Shown here in pieces: positions 35,601-42,864 of a DNA stretch of 64,000 nt. The stretch is taken from the NCBI GenBank assembly GCA_017538795.1, contig JAFYIE010000103.1:111-64110 (forward strand), in the 5' to 3' direction. This DNA is from Bacteroidales bacterium. GTDB lineage: Bacteria > Bacteroidota > Bacteroidia > Bacteroidales > F082. Position 1 is the stretch's first letter; each line of letters opens with the position of its first letter. Made by a program: the position numbers and the translations under genes. The notes below the pieces were generated by a model. It made no database searches and was not told the origin of the DNA. It saw only the letters and a program-made list of their open reading frames with translations.

Positions 35601-38600
35601 TTCGACGCAGGTGAATCAGCATATTCAAATATCGTTACAGTTTACATGACAGGCTTCGGTTCAGTTGAAGGTTATGTTTATGACACAGACACATTACATC
35701 CAATCGCCGGTGCAACAATCATGGCACTTGGTATTGATGAGCACGGCAACGCACAGTCATTTGAGTTGACAACAGACGAAACTGGTTTCTATGAAGGTGA
35801 TATTCTCGCTGGTATGTATGCTATCGGCATTGTAACAGAGGGTTATCAGGCCGAAGGTGTAGAAATCGCTGTTGCTTACGACCAGTTGACAGAAGTTGCT
35901 GACATCTTCACACACGAGTTCTACTATCCTCTCGAGCAGATTACTGCTACAGAACAGGAAAACGACGACGTGTTAGTTGAATGGTCATGGACTCCAGCAG
36001 AATTGATCGTTGACTTCGAGACAGGCGACTTCTCACAGGCCAACTTCACATTGCCGGCAACATATCCATGGGCTATCACAACAGGTCATTCACACGAAGG
36101 CACATACGCTATCAAGTCAACCTGCGAGGGCGTTGCAAGCGGTCTCTCAGAAGTTGAGGTAACAGTTGATGTTCCTTACGATGGCAAGATGGGATTCTGG
36201 GTAGCAGTTTCATCAGAAGCTAACTACGACAAGTTCCACTTCTACATTGACGGTGTTGAAAAGGGTGCAGCTATCAGCGGTGTTGCAGCATACGCATACA
36301 AAGAGTTCGACGTAACAGAGGGTACACACACATACAAGTGGGCTTACCAGAAAGACTCTTCAGTGAACAGCAATGACGACTGCGCATATGTCGACGACAT
36401 CACTCTCTACAGATATGAGGCTCCACTTCCACCAGTTGTTGGTGCTACAACATACGACTTTGAAGACGGCACAATGATGGGCTGGACATCAATCGACGCT
36501 GATAACGACGGTTACGGTTGGGTTGCAGGTTCAGAAGTTGGTGGCGTTTACTTAGTATCAGGCGCAAGCCTTGCAGGTAGCGGTAACAACGCATCACAAG
36601 GTTTGGTTTGCTCAGGTTCATACAGCAACGCAACAGGTGCTGCTTTGAATCCAAACAACTTCCTCGTATCACCTTCAGCTATTTCAGCTGAAAACGGTGC
36701 ACAGATCCAGTTCTGGGCATGCGGTCAGGATGCAAGCTATGTTGCTGAACACTTCGGTGTTGCAGTTGCAACAGCAGCTACCCCAACAGCAGCTGACTTC
36801 ACAACAATTCAGGAATGGACAATGACAGCTAAGAGAGGTGCCGCCGCTGTTGAAGAATACAGCGAAATCCGCGGTACAAGAGCACAGGGTGCTTGGTATC
36901 AGTTCACAGCTGACCTCAGCGCATACGCAGGCCAGGACATCTGGGTTGCTATCCGCCACTTCAACTGCACAGATATGTTCATCCTCGATGTTGATGATAT
37001 CACATTGGCAACAGGCGGTTCGAAACTCGCTCCACGCGGCGACCGTTCACTTGCTAACTACATCCTCTATCGTAAGAACATCTATACCAATGATTCAATT
37101 GTTGTTGCCAACAACATCGCATCAGACGTGATGTCATACACAGACAACATGCCTACATTCGGTATCTACCAGTGGGGTATCCAGGCTAAGTACGAAGGCT
37201 ATGCTCCAACACCAGACGCAACCCGTTCAGAGGTTATCATCGGTGAAGGTGCAACAACCAACAGCTACTTACCAACATACATATTCTACAACTACTCATT
37301 GACAGAGCAGATTTTCACTGCAGCTGAACTCGGCGCAGCAGGTACAATCAACTCAGTGTCATTCTTCAACACAGGTAGCGAAGCGGTACGTGACCTCGCT
37401 GTTTACATGGCTAACACAACAAAGAACGTGTTTGCTGACAACTTCGATTGGCAGGCTATGACAGCAGCTGACAAGGTGTTTGAAGGTACAGTGGTATTTG
37501 AGTCAAATGGTTGGACAACTATCACATTCAGCACACCATTCGCATACAATGGCACAAGCAACGTTATCCTTGCTGTTGATGACAACACAGGTGACTATCA
37601 AAGCAGTATTCCGTTCAAGGCTGACAATACAGCAACTGAGATGGCACTTCGCGTTTACAGCGACGGTACCAACTACGATCCAGCATCTCCATCTAACTAC
37701 AGCGGTACAACAATGTCAGTTAGAAACCAGATTAAGCTTGATGTTACAGGCGGTCAGCCAGGTCCAGGTCCACAACCAACTCCAGGCGATGGTTTGTCAG
37801 AGATCATCTGGTCAAATATCATCGAGAAGGATATGGAAGCTACATTGACATTCAACATCACATTAGATAACGGTGAAGATGTTGCCGGTGCAACAATCGC
37901 TATTGTTGGTGAAGATAACACATACAATGTAACAGTTACTGACGCTACAACAGAAGTTATTGTTCGCAAGGCTCCTGCATACGATATCACAGTGACAAAG
38001 GCTGGTTATACACAGTGGACATTGTCAGGTGCTATCGAGGCAGATGCTGAATATGACATCGAACTCGTCGAACTCATTGCTCCAGTTGCTGGTCTCTACG
38101 TATCACCTACAGGTTGGGTGATGTGGGAAGGCACTGGTGGAACACCAGGCCCAGGTCCACAACCAGGTCCAGGTAGCAACTCATTCACAGAAGGCTTTGA
38201 AGGCGGTTTGAACGGCTGGAACGTTCTTACAGTCAATGCAGCAGGTGGTGAATGGCTCCACAGCGACGACAACCTCGGTGGTTATGACTACACAGAGCTT
38301 GCACACGGTGGTACAGGCTTCGCAATGTGCTATTCATATGTTGACTATGTCGGTGCATTCGACACAGACAGCTACCTCTACACACCTCAGAAGTATGCTA
38401 TTGAAAACGGTTCAACATTGACATTCTGGGCTGACAATGCTAATGACACATATCCAGAGAACTTCTCAGTATGCGTTGCAACAGCTGACAACCCAACAGC
38501 AGCAGACTTCACACAAGTTTGGAGCGGTGGTGCTAAGGGCACAGGCAATGGCGGTGCAGCAGTACGTCACCAGAACAACCGTTATGAGAACTGGCGTTCA

Positions 38601-41033
38601 CACAACATCGATTTGAGCGCATACGCAGGTCAGGAAGTTTACATTGCATTCCACGATGTCAACTACGATGCATATGAGATTTGGATTGATGACGTTGAGC
38701 TTGGTGTTACAAATAAGGGCGATCGTACAGCTTTGAGCTACAAGGTTATGCTCGATGGTAAGTATGACGGTGAGACTGTTAACCCATTCTTCCAGCACAA
38801 TGTTGAAGGTCTTGAAGAAGGTTCAGAACACACCACAGCAGTCAGACCAATCTACCTCAACGGTATGGGTGACTGGATGTACTACACATGGACATACACT
38901 TCATGCGACAACTTCACAGGTGTCACCAACCTTGCAGCAGCAGCTCAGGGTGCTGACGTGAAACTCACATGGACAATGCCAAACGGTACAAATCCAAATC
39001 CTAACCCGAACCCGAATCCGAACCCAGGTACAGGTTGGACAGAAGGCTTTGAAAGCGGTATGCCAGCTGGTTGGAACGTCATCGACGCTAACAACGATGG
39101 TTGGACATGGTGCTTAACAAGTGCAATTCCATCAACATGGACATACTATGCAAGCATGACACTTGACTGGTACAGAACAGGTACAAATGCTATCTGCAGC
39201 GGTTCATATATCAATGGTGTTGGCGCTCTCACACCAGACGAGTATCTCGTTATGGGTCAGCAGACACTTGGTGCAGGTTCATCAATTAAGTTCTATGCAG
39301 CAGCAACAGACGCAAGCTATCCAGCAGATCACTTCGGAATCTTCGTTTCAGACAATGGAACAAGCAACTGGACAATGGTTAACGAATGGACATTGACAGC
39401 TAAGGACGGTGGTGTTGCAGGTGGCCGCGAGTCACGCGACGGCAACGGCGCTAAACTCGGTTCATGGCATGAATACACAGCTGACCTCAGCGCATTCTCA
39501 GGTCAGAAGTATGTTGCTCTCCGTCACTTCAACTGCAACGACCAGTACATCATGTGCGTTGACGACATTGAGTTCACACCAGGTTCAAAGGGTGACAATC
39601 GCGCAATGTGGGATCTCGTTGGATCATTCACAGGCACAAGCGCCGGTCAGCAGGCTGTTGCAACAGATGGCAACTACATCTACACAGCAAGCTGGCAGTC
39701 ATCTCCAACAGGTGGTCACACCTTCTATCAGTACACAATGGACGGTACATTTGTTGAAGGCTTCGAAATCGCAGGTGCAACAGGTATCCGCGACCTCACA
39801 ACCGATGGTGAGTACTTCTATGGCACATCAGGTGGTGCACAGATCTTCATCCTCGACTTCACAACACGTACATTGGTTGGTACAATCAACTGCTCAGGTT
39901 TGACATCACGTCACATCAGCTACGACCCAGAGCGTGACGGATTCTGGTCAGGTAACTGGTCAACATTGGCACTGTACAGCCGTACAGGTGCTTTGATCCA
40001 GAACGGTCCAGCTCCAACAAGCGCATACGGTTCAGCTTACTACAAAGATTCAGACAACGTCGAACACCTCTTCTTGTTCTGCCAGCCTAACAGTGATTGC
40101 AAGGTCTACGACTACAACATCACAACAGGTACACTCGGTTCAAATGTCGTGTTAGACTACTCAGCTACAGCTCCTGGTTGCACAGGTATCGCCGGTGGTT
40201 GCTTCATTGGTGAATACAACGGCAACACATGCTGGTATGGTAACTCACAGCAGGATCCTAACCTCATCGCTATCTACGAACTCGAAGCCGGCACACCAGG
40301 TCCAGGCCCAGGTCCACAACCACATGTTGAAGGTATCCTTGGTGCTATGGTCTTTGCTGATGGCGAATTCTTAGCATTCCTCGAAGGCAGTGCAACAGAG
40401 TACGTTGTTGAAGCTGCAGCAGCATTCGATGCAGAGTACGGCGTAAGAGTTGTTTACGACGGCGCAATGGATACAACATACTATGCAATGTCATGCATGG
40501 AGACAGTTGAGTACACAGGCGGTGGCACATCATGCGATCCTGTAACCAACTTGACAGCTGAGCCATACACATACAATGGCAACAGAGGCGCATTGGTACA
40601 GTTCACAGAGCCAGCAGGTGCAACATCATACAAGGTTTATGTTGATGGTCAGCTCCTCGGTTCAATCGGTTCACAGCCTATCTTCATCAACTTCGAAGGT
40701 TCAGACGATGGCGAATACATGATTGGCATTGTAGCTGTTTACACAGGCTGCGAGTCAGACATGGTTGAAGTTTCATTCCTCTGGCAAGGTGTTGATGAGA
40801 ACGAGATTGTCAACGCTATCTATCCTAACCCAACAAGCAGCGATCTCCACATCAATGCTACAGCAATGACACGCGTAAGTGTGTACAACGCAATGGGTCA
40901 GATGGTTTATGCTGAAACAGTCAACGGTGATGAAGCTACTATCAACATGGGTCAGTTCGAATCAGGTATCTACATGGTGAGAATCGACACAGAAAATGGT
41001 AGCAGCGTGAAGAGAATCACAGTTGTAAAATAA
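32682..41033 (+). CDS. Giant T9SS-sorted multidomain surface/adhesin-like protein, paralogue of the upstream gene
   Basis: 2783 aa with the signal peptide MKKVFLTLTMLLFAFVGTMRA. It has several cleaved-adhesin or related modules (GWTSIDADNDGYGW..IRHFNCTDMFILDVDDITL; GWNVIDANNDGWTW..LRHFNCNDQYIMCVDDIEF). A beta-propeller-like region lies at about 39594..40300. The type-A T9SS CTD is IYPNPTSSDLHIN...VKRITVVK. Confidence 0.85.
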   Translation: MKKVFLTLTMLLFAFVGTMRADEVTIGDPTATTVNTYLPTYSLYEKSFTQQIYTADEIGMAGTINTLTMWLKNSSSYARNLNVYMKEVEETSFASATAWVSMSSSDLVGSFSLANGISSPVETAVELTTPFEYTGAGNLVICIQDVTGSWSGGAGSVVNTTTEYQAIYAYRDGTTYDPSNPGVNGTIVKVKSVVMLDITPAGGGGALTTTPDVLDLGYRPNGAWMAPYVFTINGSGTTVNALDMSGNYFSYNAELPATLTTSRPLEVTLTTGEAEEGPVNSTMTVLFGGNRDAQQFNVTANAYNPVDGDVFENAIEATAMPFAGNAPTGIYKNYDLPVATEGAEAMYKVTFDNDVLFSAGTAGENAVTAIYPEDFNGQPGPMADNNYVYNGPTVNPGPLSMWFSYDYTGTNTWFGTSAGGGMIFGYKITAAMLQELGLGNCAITTVEAAARNSTAATYYDLVILKGGDEPDLNNMVYYQSFEDFTPGYFFDVNLDEPQFLGDDENLWIMFYSDSPYAAYCGRQPVDAANSKIWYTTNLTSWYSNTTYTPVIYTRFLELPTGREVTVNLADMKIRESKPAEGQIAEANGNVMGVAKAQMQKANRGNRDVQTVLNEGFEGGSMPTGWTQTGDGGSVWYVGSGDYSSSTGSATGTYNALITHGTSSSVQYLVTPAMDLSNATSATVSCNYVNRSWAGDYDGFAICYRVNGGAWNELFVEPSYHSVWNASGDIELTGLAANYQIGFRFTDHYGYGVGLDDVVVTADINDTPEPPTPTATYQIEDLYVPAGTYYVAVASTTEEFNVDMAVAEVPAPEQAVVISPADGETNVATPYLAEWILGDYTEEMQVLVGTQYPPQTALIDWTDYLVESAFLLDLEPNQSYFMQVNARNAAGTTMGEVYAFTTPIDPVQNFAVEEDELYPGDAAVFTWDAARTFKSYNLYCNGVKVNETPITTNTYTVEGLEYNMNGYEFAVTNVFDAGESAYSNIVTVYMTGFGSVEGYVYDTDTLHPIAGATIMALGIDEHGNAQSFELTTDETGFYEGDILAGMYAIGIVTEGYQAEGVEIAVAYDQLTEVADIFTHEFYYPLEQITATEQENDDVLVEWSWTPAELIVDFETGDFSQANFTLPATYPWAITTGHSHEGTYAIKSTCEGVASGLSEVEVTVDVPYDGKMGFWVAVSSEANYDKFHFYIDGVEKGAAISGVAAYAYKEFDVTEGTHTYKWAYQKDSSVNSNDDCAYVDDITLYRYEAPLPPVVGATTYDFEDGTMMGWTSIDADNDGYGWVAGSEVGGVYLVSGASLAGSGNNASQGLVCSGSYSNATGAALNPNNFLVSPSAISAENGAQIQFWACGQDASYVAEHFGVAVATAATPTAADFTTIQEWTMTAKRGAAAVEEYSEIRGTRAQGAWYQFTADLSAYAGQDIWVAIRHFNCTDMFILDVDDITLATGGSKLAPRGDRSLANYILYRKNIYTNDSIVVANNIASDVMSYTDNMPTFGIYQWGIQAKYEGYAPTPDATRSEVIIGEGATTNSYLPTYIFYNYSLTEQIFTAAELGAAGTINSVSFFNTGSEAVRDLAVYMANTTKNVFADNFDWQAMTAADKVFEGTVVFESNGWTTITFSTPFAYNGTSNVILAVDDNTGDYQSSIPFKADNTATEMALRVYSDGTNYDPASPSNYSGTTMSVRNQIKLDVTGGQPGPGPQPTPGDGLSEIIWSNIIEKDMEATLTFNITLDNGEDVAGATIAIVGEDNTYNVTVTDATTEVIVRKAPAYDITVTKAGYTQWTLSGAIEADAEYDIELVELIAPVAGLYVSPTGWVMWEGTGGTPGPGPQPGPGSNSFTEGFEGGLNGWNVLTVNAAGGEWLHSDDNLGGYDYTELAHGGTGFAMCYSYVDYVGAFDTDSYLYTPQKYAIENGSTLTFWADNANDTYPENFSVCVATADNPTAADFTQVWSGGAKGTGNGGAAVRHQNNRYENWRSHNIDLSAYAGQEVYIAFHDVNYDAYEIWIDDVELGVTNKGDRTALSYKVMLDGKYDGETVNPFFQHNVEGLEEGSEHTTAVRPIYLNGMGDWMYYTWTYTSCDNFTGVTNLAAAAQGADVKLTWTMPNGTNPNPNPNPNPNPGTGWTEGFESGMPAGWNVIDANNDGWTWCLTSAIPSTWTYYASMTLDWYRTGTNAICSGSYINGVGALTPDEYLVMGQQTLGAGSSIKFYAAATDASYPADHFGIFVSDNGTSNWTMVNEWTLTAKDGGVAGGRESRDGNGAKLGSWHEYTADLSAFSGQKYVALRHFNCNDQYIMCVDDIEFTPGSKGDNRAMWDLVGSFTGTSAGQQAVATDGNYIYTASWQSSPTGGHTFYQYTMDGTFVEGFEIAGATGIRDLTTDGEYFYGTSGGAQIFILDFTTRTLVGTINCSGLTSRHISYDPERDGFWSGNWSTLALYSRTGALIQNGPAPTSAYGSAYYKDSDNVEHLFLFCQPNSDCKVYDYNITTGTLGSNVVLDYSATAPGCTGIAGGCFIGEYNGNTCWYGNSQQDPNLIAIYELEAGTPGPGPGPQPHVEGILGAMVFADGEFLAFLEGSATEYVVEAAAAFDAEYGVRVVYDGAMDTTYYAMSCMETVEYTGGGTSCDPVTNLTAEPYTYNGNRGALVQFTEPAGATSYKVYVDGQLLGSIGSQPIFINFEGSDDGEYMIGIVAVYTGCESDMVEVSFLWQGVDENEIVNAIYPNPTSSDLHINATAMTRVSVYNAMGQMVYAETVNGDEATINMGQFESGIYMVRIDTENGSSVKRITVVK
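38991..39026 (+). repeat. (Asn-Pro)n hexanucleotide microsatellite linker
   Basis: The sequence aat cca aat cct aac ccg aac ccg aat ccg aac cca encodes NPNPNPNPNPNP in frame. Confidence 0.85.
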
Positions 41034-41068
41034 GACGTTAGTCATTAGACTATAGACGTTAGAAATAG
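41034..41068 (+). repeat. Heptamer-periodic array (GACGTTA GTCATTA GACTATA GACGTTA GAAATAG) directly after the giant gene 2 stop
   Basis: Five units with an exact 7-bp period. The last unit runs into the terminator stem. Confidence 0.55.
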
Positions 41069-41098
41069 GGGCTTCCGAAAGGGGGCCCTTATTTTTTT
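41065..41098 (+). terminator. Intrinsic terminator of giant gene 2
   Basis: ATAGGGGCTTCC, a GAAA loop, then GGGGGCCCTTAT form a 12-bp stem (with G-U pairs) and a GAAA tetraloop. A TTTTTT run follows. Confidence 0.75.
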
Positions 41099-41099
41099 G

Positions 41100-41127
41100 A
41101 GTTAGAAGTTAGTAGTTAGAAGTTGCG
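41100..41127 (+). repeat. AGTT-core heptamer array, 4 units
   Basis: AGTTAGA AGTTAGT AGTTAGA AGTTGCG, with cores at 41100, 41107, 41114 and 41121. Confidence 0.75.
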
Positions 41128-41245
41128 GATTTTTGCAAGAAGTGTTAAAAAATTAAACATAATTTTATTAACAATAGAAATGCATGGAAACTTTGGAAGT
41201 TGACGATGTAAAGAATTGATTTTCAGGGTTTTATGGAGTGTATTG

Positions 41246-41284
41246 AAAGATTAGTCGTTTTTCGTACGACTAATCTTTTTTGTT
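41246..41284 (+). terminator. Orphan intrinsic terminator with no ORF upstream
   Basis: AAAGATTAGTCG (41246..41257) pairs with CGACTAATCTTT (41267..41278), a perfect 12-bp stem. It is followed by a T-rich tract (TTTGTTGG). Confidence 0.65.
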
Positions 41285-41289
41285 GGTTG

Positions 41290-41297
41290 TATTTTTG
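41290..41297 (+). promoter_or_regulatory. -7 promoter box TATTTTTG for ssb
   Basis: Exact TAnnTTTG, 29 nt upstream of the ATG at 41327. Confidence 0.45.
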
Positions 41298-41326
41298 CGT
41301 TGTATTAACTTAAAAAATTTAAAATT

Positions 41327-41695
41327 ATGGGAACTTTAAGGAATTCAGTTCATTTGATTGGAAGGCCGGGGATGGATCCGGAGGTGAAGGTTTTTGGCGA
41401 GGGTAAGAGGCTTGCCAGGTTTACGTTTGCCACAAACGACAAGCATTACAACGACAAGATGGAGTTGATTACAGACACTGAGTGGCATAATTTGCTTGCG
41501 TGGGGCAGGGTTGCAGAACAGGTGGAAAAAATCGTGAAAAAAGGCCGTTTAATGGCCATAGAAGGCAAGCTTCAGACGCGGCAGTACGAAGACAAGGACA
41601 AAAACAAACGTTACATTACGGAGATTGTAATAGACGAATTCATGCTTATCGACAAGATGAGTAATGAGGACGAGCAGAAAACGGATACGGAATAG
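41327..41695 (+). CDS. ssb: Single-stranded DNA-binding protein (short form)
   Basis: 122 aa with an OB-fold pattern (NSVHLIGRPGMDPEV..TEWHNLLAWGR..AIEGKLQTRQYEDKDKNKRYITEIV). It has an acidic tail but no canonical DDDIPF end. Confidence 0.82.
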   Translation: MGTLRNSVHLIGRPGMDPEVKVFGEGKRLARFTFATNDKHYNDKMELITDTEWHNLLAWGRVAEQVEKIVKKGRLMAIEGKLQTRQYEDKDKNKRYITEIVIDEFMLIDKMSNEDEQKTDTE

Positions 41696-41718
41696 GTTCA
41701 TAGTAGGGGCTTACCGCT

Positions 41719-41740
41719 ATGAGACACTCGTCTCATTTTA
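41719..41740 (+). terminator. Terminator hairpin after ssb
   Basis: ATGAGAC, loop ACTC, GTCTCAT form a perfect 7-bp stem followed by TTTAAAAAGTTTTT. Confidence 0.55.
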
Positions 41741-41859
41741 AAAAGTTTTTGTTTTACGATGCTCATAAATTTGGTTTCACATCTTCAGTTTTGGTTTCAC
41801 ACTGTTGCAGGTCGGTGGTCCCTACATGAATAAAAGGCTTATGATGTTAAAAAAATGAC

Positions 41860-41867
41860 TATCTTTG
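41860..41867 (+). promoter_or_regulatory. -7 promoter box TATCTTTG
   Basis: Exact TAnnTTTG, 29 nt upstream of the ATG at 41897. It overlaps the 19-bp palindrome TTGTTGTTTGAAACAACAA (41865..41883). Confidence 0.45.
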
Positions 41868-41896
41868 TTGTTTGAAACAACAAAAAAAGTAAAACG

Positions 41897-42811
41897 ATGA
41901 AGATAGTCTTTTTAGAACCGTTGGGACTCACGGTGGAAGCCATTGAGAAGGCTTGTGACAAACTGAAGAAACAGGGGCATGAGGTTGTGGTTTATCCCGA
42001 CAGAAAGCCGGAGTTGAACATAGAACGCGCGGCAGGAGCTGACGTCGTTGTGGAAAGCAACATGCCGTTGCGCAAGGATTTTTTTGACGCATGTCCTAAC
42101 CTGAAAATGCTTTCGATAGCATTTACGGGACTCGATCATATCGATATGGAAGAGTGCAAACGTCGTGACATTGTGGTGAAGAACGCGGCCGGATATTCGA
42201 CTGAGGCGGTGGCGGAAGAGACGATTTGCATGATGATAGGGCTGTACCGTCATGTCATTGAGAATGACAGGATCACACGTAGCTGCAAGGGGTCGTCTAT
42301 TGCTCCTGGATGTGAGATATCGGGGAAGACCGTGGGCATCATAGGAATGGGAGCCATCGGACAGCGTACGGCAGCGTTAGCGCAGGCATTCGGATGCAAG
42401 GTGATTGCGTGGAACCGCACGCCGAAGCAGGTGGCAGGGGTGACGTTTGTTGACAAAGAGACGTTGCTCAAAGAAGCTGATATTGTTGCGTTGCATATCG
42501 CTTTGAATAACGAGACGCGAGACTTTATCACGGCTGCTGACATGGCGAAAATGAAGCCTTCGGCGATATTGGTGAACGCAGCAAGAGGGCCGGTGGTAAA
42601 CACAGCAGACCTTGCGGAGGCGTTGAAGAAAGGTGTTATTGCAGGGGCGGCGCTTGATGTGTATGATGGGGAGCCGCCACTGAATCCTGAAAATCCGATT
42701 TTAACGGCTCCGAATACGATGTTGATGCCTCATGTGGGGTTTGCGACGAAAGAAGCGTTTATTTTGAGACTGGGGATTGTAGTAGGAAATGTAGAGAAAT
42801 TTATTAGTTAA
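41897..42811 (+). CDS. D-isomer-specific 2-hydroxyacid dehydrogenase (glycerate/phosphoglycerate dehydrogenase-like)
   Basis: 304 aa with the NAD-binding motif GIIGMGAIGQRTA and the catalytic Arg/Glu/His pattern (NAARG..., PHVGFAT). Confidence 0.82.
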   Translation: MKIVFLEPLGLTVEAIEKACDKLKKQGHEVVVYPDRKPELNIERAAGADVVVESNMPLRKDFFDACPNLKMLSIAFTGLDHIDMEECKRRDIVVKNAAGYSTEAVAEETICMMIGLYRHVIENDRITRSCKGSSIAPGCEISGKTVGIIGMGAIGQRTAALAQAFGCKVIAWNRTPKQVAGVTFVDKETLLKEADIVALHIALNNETRDFITAADMAKMKPSAILVNAARGPVVNTADLAEALKKGVIAGAALDVYDGEPPLNPENPILTAPNTMLMPHVGFATKEAFILRLGIVVGNVEKFIS

Positions 42812-42852
42812 TCAGTTAGTCAGTTAGGTAAACTGGACAACTGACTAATTGA
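42812..42852. terminator. Bidirectional terminator hairpin built from two opposed AGTT arrays
   Basis: TCAGTTAGTCAGTT (42812..42825) pairs with AACTGACTAATTGA (42839..42852), a 14-bp stem with one G-U pair and a 13-nt loop. It lies between the convergent dehydrogenase and dnaG genes. Confidence 0.65.
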
Positions 42853-42864
42853 TTAACTGAATAA

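Noticed and set aside
39409-39903. 164-aa same-strand alternative-frame ORF inside giant gene 2, and similar Q/S/T/H-rich ORFs at 37480..37848, 27654..27896 and 31887..32144
   Set aside because: These are frame-shifted readings of the NCA-codon-rich giant genes. They are low-complexity, and the main frame is continuous with recognisable domains throughout.
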